Assembly (NCBI GenBank): GCA_943356775.1
Contig: CALRFU010000003.1
Location: 22,308 to 86,307, forward strand
DNA from: Candidatus Nomurabacteria bacterium
GTDB taxonomy: Bacteria; Patescibacteriota; Minisyncoccia; Phycocordibacterales; UBA2100
Length of the DNA: 64,000 bases
Reading direction: 5' to 3'
This document shows, piece after piece, positions 58,838 to 64,000 of this stretch. The position numbers and the translations under genes were made by a program. The notes beneath the pieces are model-generated. The model searched no databases. It had not been told where the DNA came from and worked only from the letters and a program-made list of their open reading frames with translations. Each line of letters starts with the position of its first letter. Positions within the stretch are counted from its first letter, which is position 1.

Positions 58838-59908
58838 ATGGTCGGATTCACAAAGAAAGTAAAAGCTCCTCCTAAGACGACCGGCTCCGGAAGCGACGCG
58901 GATATTGAGCGCGCAATCTCCCAGATAAAGACAAAATTCGGTGACGAGTCCATTATGATGCTCGGCGCACAGCCGAAAGTGGATGTGAACGCCATTCCGA
59001 CCGGCTCTATCGGCATTGATTGGGCACTCGGCATCGGCGGCCTGCCGCGCGGGCGCATCATCGAAATATTCGGACCTGAGTCATCCGGCAAAACAACACT
59101 CTCATTGCATGTCATCGCAGAAGCTCAGAAAAAAGGCGGTGTGTGTGCGTTCATCGACGCGGAGCATGCGGTAGATCCTGAATACGCAAAAAAGCTTGGT
59201 GTCGACACCAGCTCACTTCTTATTTCGCAACCTGACACAGGCGAACAAGCGCTCGAAATAGTGGAATCGCTCGTACGAAGCGGAAAAATCGACGTCATCG
59301 TCATCGACTCGGTCGCCGCGCTTACACCAAAAGACGAAATCGAGGGTGACATGGGAGCACAGCACGTGGGTAAGCAGGCGCGCCTCATGTCGCAAGCTCT
59401 GCGCAAGCTCACCGCCATTGTCTCGAAGACCAAGACCGTCATTATCTTCATCAACCAAATCCGTATGCAGATAGGCGTCATGTTCGGAAATCCGGAGACA
59501 ACCCCCGGCGGCAAGGCACTCAAATTCTACACATCGGTGCGTATCGACATCCGCCGCATTGCACAAATAAAGAAGGGGGAGGAGACGATGGGCGGCAGAC
59601 ACCGCGTAAAGATAGTGAAGAATAAGGTCGCAGCTCCCTTCCGGCAGACTGAATTCGACATGCTCTACGGCGAAGGTATTTCAAAAGAAGGCGAGGCACT
59701 CGCACTTGGAGAAAAACTCGGGTTCGTCGCGAAATCTTCGGGCGGCGCGTATTCTATAGGCGAAGCAAAACTCGGCCGAGGCTACGATGCCGCGCGCACA
59801 TTCCTGAAAGAGAACAAGCCTGTTTTGAACCAACTTCTGAAAGACATCAAGAAGGCGTTGAGCGATGGCGGTGTTCTGGCAAAGAGTTCGAGCACGAACG
59901 AAGAGTGA
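58838..59908 (+). CDS. recA: Recombinase RecA
   Basis: [20 protein letters not shown] Walker A and the L1/L2 loop regions are present. Confidence 0.9.
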   Translation: MVGFTKKVKAPPKTTGSGSDADIERAISQIKTKFGDESIMMLGAQPKVDVNAIPTGSIGIDWALGIGGLPRGRIIEIFGPESSGKTTLSLHVIAEAQKKGGVCAFIDAEHAVDPEYAKKLGVDTSSLLISQPDTGEQALEIVESLVRSGKIDVIVIDSVAALTPKDEIEGDMGAQHVGKQARLMSQALRKLTAIVSKTKTVIIFINQIRMQIGVMFGNPETTPGGKALKFYTSVRIDIRRIAQIKKGEETMGGRHRVKIVKNKVAAPFRQTEFDMLYGEGISKEGEALALGEKLGFVAKSSGGAYSIGEAKLGRGYDAARTFLKENKPVLNQLLKDIKKALSDGGVLAKSSSTNEE

Positions 59909-59909
59909 T

Positions 59910-60371
59910 ATGGGAAAAGAAAGCTCCCGCCGCATGCACGACATCAAAAAAAGGGTTGCGGAAGTACTACCAAAGCAGCTTGCCGAGAAATGGGAGGGAC
60001 GAATTCGTAGAAACACACTCGAAAAGGAGGGGTTCACTCCCCTGAATGAGATGGTGAGTTTTGGCCTTGAACCTGAATTTCCCGGTGAGGTCGGAATTCA
60101 CATTCACGAGAATCTGACAAAGACTCCCATAGAGGCGAACCGGCTCATGTTGTCGGGATTAAAATTACTGGCCGAGCGGCTGAAAGCGGATGAAACGCTC
60201 GCCCACACTGAAAAAATCTCTGGGTACTCGTGGATAGTTTATAATTCGCCAGATATATTACAGAGACTGGGCTTTACGGTGAGCAAACAGGACCACAAGA
60301 AAAAAATCGCTCTTGCAACCATGGACAAGGAAGATTTCTTGCATCGGTTCGGGTCTAGGGTGGACAAATAG
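59910..60371 (+). CDS. Hypothetical protein downstream of recA (no clear RecX similarity)
   Basis: ATG directly after the recA stop. No recognisable motifs. Confidence 0.35.
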   Translation: MGKESSRRMHDIKKRVAEVLPKQLAEKWEGRIRRNTLEKEGFTPLNEMVSFGLEPEFPGEVGIHIHENLTKTPIEANRLMLSGLKLLAERLKADETLAHTEKISGYSWIVYNSPDILQRLGFTVSKQDHKKKIALATMDKEDFLHRFGSRVDK

Positions 60372-60474
60372 ATATTATTGAATAAACCGAAGTTTTCAGA
60401 CTCCTCGGCTCGGCAATATGCGGATTAATCCGCATATTGCGCTCGCCCCACGTCGCCTGTAGAATGCTCGAAAC

Positions 60475-61035
60475 ATGTTGTCATACAATGAAGTAAAGCC
60501 CGGGGTCGCCGTCCTTATCGAAGGCGAGCCCTATGTCTGCACGTGGAATAACATCATGCAGAAGCAGCAGCGCCGTCCGGTCAACCAGACGAAGATGCGT
60601 CATATCATTAAAGGTAATTCCATCGAGCACTCGTTCCAACAGAATGACAAACTGACCGAGGCCGACATAGAGAGGCGAACTGCGATGTTTATTTACGAAC
60701 GCAACGGCGAGTGGATATTCCATGACCTCAACGACAAATCGAAGCGCTTTTCAGTCACCGAAGAAATGATGGGAGGTTCCGGAAAATTCCTCAAAGGAAA
60801 TACTGAGGTCGAAACCTTGTGGTTCGACGAGAAACTCTTCCGCGTTAAACTCCCTATCAAAATTGAGCTCAAGGTCACCGAAGCGCCACCAAACACTCGC
60901 GGAAACACGGCCCAAGGCGGCAGCAAGGTTGTAACACTCGAAACAGGTGCGCCTCTCGATGTACCCATGTTCATCAATCAGGGCGACGTCATACGCGTCA
61001 ACACTGAAACGGGAGAGTACGCTGAGCGCGTCTAG
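60475..61035 (+). CDS. efp: Elongation factor P
   Basis: KPGVAVLIEGEPYVC N-terminal KOW-like region. C-terminal GNTAQGGSKVVTLETGAPLDVPMFINQGDVIRVNTETGEY. Confidence 0.85.
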   Translation: MLSYNEVKPGVAVLIEGEPYVCTWNNIMQKQQRRPVNQTKMRHIIKGNSIEHSFQQNDKLTEADIERRTAMFIYERNGEWIFHDLNDKSKRFSVTEEMMGGSGKFLKGNTEVETLWFDEKLFRVKLPIKIELKVTEAPPNTRGNTAQGGSKVVTLETGAPLDVPMFINQGDVIRVNTETGEYAERV

Positions 61036-61616
61036 CTTACGAGGACTTGGGCGGTCACCGCGATGATATAGATGCCGATGGTATTCATCGTGTAGATCAG
61101 GAGTGCGAAGCTCCAAAGCCGGAGCCCCGAAAGCCCCATCATTAGAAGGCCGATTTCGTCGGGAAGCGGCGAGGCGATGACAATTGCCCCGAGAAGCGGT
61201 ACTACCCACCACAAGGCACTCTTCTCAAGACGCGCTCCCAGGCGGCGTAATCGCAGACTGAACGCAACACGGATGATGTAATTCGCGAGCGGGCTGTGGA
61301 GGTACCTGAAAATGAGTATGTCTCCGCAGACGGCGCCTGCGCCGCCCAAAAGGGCAACCTTCCACGGTTCAATGTGCTGCCCAAGTTCTCCGAGCGCGAC
61401 AATTGCAGGGACTGTCGTAAGCACCGAGGTGAAGAATATTCCTGCAATAAAGCTGCTGATTTCCTCGAATTCAGCCGCATGCACAATGAACGCCCCTATG
61501 ATATCGCCTTTGGCCAGCCACACCGAAAGAAGAGTGCCCGCCACTAACACCCACGCCTCAAGCGTAATCGCGATCGGTATCGCGCGCGGGTGTGTCTTGC
61601 GGACGAGGTGTGTCAT
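61032..61616 (-). CDS. Integral membrane protein (DedA/VTT-like?)
   Basis: Five or six predicted TM helices. No firm family assignment. Confidence 0.4.
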   Translation of the reverse strand: MTHLVRKTHPRAIPIAITLEAWVLVAGTLLSVWLAKGDIIGAFIVHAAEFEEISSFIAGIFFTSVLTTVPAIVALGELGQHIEPWKVALLGGAGAVCGDILIFRYLHSPLANYIIRVAFSLRLRRLGARLEKSALWWVVPLLGAIVIASPLPDEIGLLMMGLSGLRLWSFALLIYTMNTIGIYIIAVTAQVLVS

Positions 61617-61646
61617 CCCGCATAGTATATCCCGCTTAGATGCGGT

Positions 61647-61880
61647 TTATTTCTGAATGAAAGGCAGGAGCCCCATGAAGCGCGCGCGCTTAATCGCAGC
61701 CTCTACTGCGCGCTGCTGCTTTGCCGTAAGACCACTCTTCGTGCGGCCCATAATACGGCCGTGCGGATTGATGAACTGCTTCAAAAGGTCGATGTCTTTG
61801 TAATCGACGTGCTGGATGTCATTTTGCGTAAGAATGTTGTTGCTCATATAATTTTGCGAAATTATGCCGCGTACCGTCAA
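61647..61880 (-). CDS. rpsR: 30S ribosomal protein S18
   Basis: KSGLTAKQQRAVEAAIKRARFMGLLPF. Confidence 0.85.
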   Translation of the reverse strand: MTVRGIISQNYMSNNILTQNDIQHVDYKDIDLLKQFINPHGRIMGRTKSGLTAKQQRAVEAAIKRARFMGLLPFIQK

Positions 61881-61896
61881 TTTTTACGCGGCGCTG

Positions 61897-62364
61897 CTAA
61901 AATGGAATATCATCCGGATTTATATCATCTTTCGGATAATCGATACCTGCTCCTCCCCCACCTCCCGAAGACATGTCGTCCGGAGGAAGTTCGTTTCCCT
62001 GACCACCTTGTCCCGCGTCAGCCGAACGGGCGCTTCCGCTACCCTTGGGACCGAACTGCACACGATCAGCGACGACCTCGGTGCGGTATTTCTTCTCCCC
62101 GTCCTTCTCCCAGCTTCGTGTCTGCATGCGACCTTCTACAAAGACAGAGCTCCCCTTCTTGAGGTACTGATTGACGATGTCCGCCTGACGGCCGAAGACA
62201 ACGACGTTGTGAAAATCCGTCTGCTCCTGCTTCTTACCGTCGCGGTCTTTGTAGGTGCGGTTGGTAGCGATGGAGAAATTGACGACGTTCATGCCTGATG
62301 GGAGCGCCCGGAGCTCGGGATCGCGAGTCAAATTGCCGAAAAGCATCGCCTTGTTGATATACAT
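61897..62364 (-). CDS. ssb: Single-stranded DNA-binding protein
   Basis: MYINKAMLFGNLTRDPELR OB-fold N-terminus and acidic tail DDIPF. Internal ATG at 62364 chosen as start. Confidence 0.8.
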   Translation of the reverse strand: MYINKAMLFGNLTRDPELRALPSGMNVVNFSIATNRTYKDRDGKKQEQTDFHNVVVFGRQADIVNQYLKKGSSVFVEGRMQTRSWEKDGEKKYRTEVVADRVQFGPKGSGSARSADAGQGGQGNELPPDDMSSGGGGGAGIDYPKDDINPDDIPF

Positions 62365-62386
62365 ATTGAATAGAGAAATTCTAGCA

Positions 62387-62905
62387 CTACTCGGTAGTGA
62401 TGTCCTGGAGAGCCTTTTCAAGGTCTTCTTCGGAAACAGGGGCTGAGACCTCCTCAACACGTCGTGGCACCCGCTTGATAACATCAGTACGCTTGACCTC
62501 GCGGAGCTGCGGAGCCTTCATCTTGGCGCGCGTGTCCTCGCGGACGGTCTGGAATACAATGAAACGGAAGAAGCTCTTATTTTGCTTGAGAAATGCCTCG
62601 ATGGTCTGCGCGATTGCAATAGGGGCTTCAAATTTTATCCAGCCGAAGTAGCCCCGGTCGTATTCAACGCTCTTTTCGCCTTCGCGGATGAAAATCGGAT
62701 ACGCGAGTTTCATCAAAGATGGCGCGCCCTCTGCGATGAACGAGCCGCTCGATTTTTCTATTTCTGCACGAAGAGCGCCGACAACCTTCTCCAATTCCTC
62801 TTCTTTTGTATCAGGGATGATGTGATAGCCGACTTCGTAGATGCGGAGCACAGCTGTATCGGCCGCGTCGGTTTCGTTCATTTCTAGCACTACATCATCT
62901 GCCAT
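62387..62905 (-). CDS. rpsF: 30S ribosomal protein S6
   Basis: LRIYEVGYHIIPD... matches the S6 pattern (RHYEIVFMVHPD). rpsF-ssb-rpsR gene order. Confidence 0.75.
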   Translation of the reverse strand: MADDVVLEMNETDAADTAVLRIYEVGYHIIPDTKEEELEKVVGALRAEIEKSSGSFIAEGAPSLMKLAYPIFIREGEKSVEYDRGYFGWIKFEAPIAIAQTIEAFLKQNKSFFRFIVFQTVREDTRAKMKAPQLREVKRTDVIKRVPRRVEEVSAPVSEEDLEKALQDITTE

Positions 62906-62949
62906 ATGTTGGGGCACTCTATCACAGCGGCCCAGGCGCCGCAAGAATC

Positions 62950-63762
62950 CTAGCTAATCCCGAATACCCGACGCGCATTCAGAAGAATCTGCCCGCGTAC
63001 CCCCTCAAAGTCCTCACCCCGTATTTCTGCGATTTTTCGGACAACGAGCTCTACGTACGCAGGCTCGTTGCGCTTCCCGCGATGGGGTGCGGGGGTGACA
63101 TACGGGGCATCGGTCTCGGACAGCAGCATGTCGAGGGGGGTGTTTTTGATGACTTCGTCATAATCGTGGGTAAAGGTAACAACACCCGTAAATGAAAGCG
63201 TGAACCCAAAATCGAGAAATTTCTTGGCCGTATCCCAGTCTCCCGCAAAGAAATGCACATCGCCCTTTACCTTGGCATGGGCCTTCAAGACTTCGAGCGC
63301 ATCGTCGTATGCCTGGCGGATATGTAACATCAGAGGCTTTCCGAGCGTATTCGCAAGTTCAATCTGCTCGATAAATGCCTCCTTCTGAACTTCTTTGCTC
63401 CCCTCATCGTTACGATAGTAATCCAACCCGCACTCGCCGACGGCGATGACTCGTGGCGAGGAGCCCAACTCCGTATACGCCGCCTTATCGAACACTTCGC
63501 CGCGGGAAGTAAATTCTTTCCCGCCCTCGCCCAGCTCTTTCACGTCGTGATAGGATTTTGTCGTGTGAACCGGGTGTAACCCTATGGTCGCATATACGTG
63601 GTTGTACTTCTCAGCAAGCGCGACAGCCGCCTTGGAAGTATCCAGTTGGGTACCGACGATATTCATCCCTACCCCGGCATCTTTCGCCCGCAAAATTGTT
63701 GCCTCACGGTCATCGGTATATGCGACAAAGTTTACATGCGTATGTGCATCGAAGTATTTCAT
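62950..63762 (-). CDS. tatD: TatD-family metal-dependent hydrolase/DNase
   Basis: MKYFDAHTHVNF N-terminus and GECGLDY and SETDAPY motifs. Confidence 0.8.
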   Translation of the reverse strand: MKYFDAHTHVNFVAYTDDREATILRAKDAGVGMNIVGTQLDTSKAAVALAEKYNHVYATIGLHPVHTTKSYHDVKELGEGGKEFTSRGEVFDKAAYTELGSSPRVIAVGECGLDYYRNDEGSKEVQKEAFIEQIELANTLGKPLMLHIRQAYDDALEVLKAHAKVKGDVHFFAGDWDTAKKFLDFGFTLSFTGVVTFTHDYDEVIKNTPLDMLLSETDAPYVTPAPHRGKRNEPAYVELVVRKIAEIRGEDFEGVRGQILLNARRVFGIS

Positions 63763-64000
63763 GAGGTGATTGTTTCAGACTCCTCGTAAAGCAATATCGC
63801 CGGAGAATCCGCTCTCGCGGAAAATGTATTATGTACTTGCAAACTTCTGATGTTTTCCTCATTGATAACAGACCGCTTACCAGGTTCGTTTATTTTCATG
63901 TACCTTAGCCTGTCCTTTGCCCATCCGAGAAATCTGCTCCGTTCCAATAGTGCGTCTGGATTAGTATCATTCCCTTGCCAAGGCAATTGCCCTTCAACGG
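63759..64000 (-). CDS. 3' end of a gene that starts beyond the window (C-terminal fragment only)
   Basis: ORF runs off the window end. C-terminal 75+ aa only. No assignment. Confidence 0.25.
   Translation of the reverse strand, partial: VEGQLPWQGNDTNPDALLERSRFLGWAKDRLRYMKINEPGKRSVINEENIRSLQVHNTFSARADSPAILLYEESETITS

Overview
This 64-kb window looks like a chromosomal segment of a small-genome bacterium, probably CPR/Patescibacteria-like. That placement is an inference from three things: the 16S and 23S-5S rRNA genes are unlinked (about 15 kb apart, both on the minus strand); both rRNAs carry group I introns with LAGLIDADG homing-endonuclease ORFs; and there are several very large Ser/Thr-rich secreted proteins.

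Layout, left to right: 0-7.7 kb purine genes (purN, purT), murA and tRNA-Leu and tRNA-Ile; 8.3-14.7 kb a complete carboxyspermidine-route spermidine cluster including aspartokinase; 15.5-17.7 kb the 16S rRNA with an intron at the E. coli 1506 site; 18.2-23.7 kb a GC-rich block (about 58-60 percent against about 50 percent background) holding a T-box-controlled operon (small membrane protein, archaeal-type ThrRS-editing-domain/DTD-like protein, aspartate racemase) plus ACT-less prephenate dehydratase and prephenate dehydrogenase; 23.9-32.4 kb secDF, folD and a cell-envelope glycan block (epimerase, sugar transferase, GT4, SEDS RodA/FtsW); 32.4-36.9 kb 5S and a 23S rRNA with two group I introns 14 nt apart; 37.4-42.5 kb an NDP-sugar nucleotidyltransferase, folP-folB-folK and rplJ-rplL; 42.9-54.4 kb giant surface/secreted proteins with a PaaX-like regulator flanked by a conserved 40-bp palindrome present in three copies; 55-64 kb ftsK, recA, efp and rpsF-ssb-rpsR-tatD.

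The most novel candidate is the aspartate-associated T-box operon on the GC-rich island. No CRISPR array was found. All calls are from reading the sequence and ORF translations. No database searches were run.
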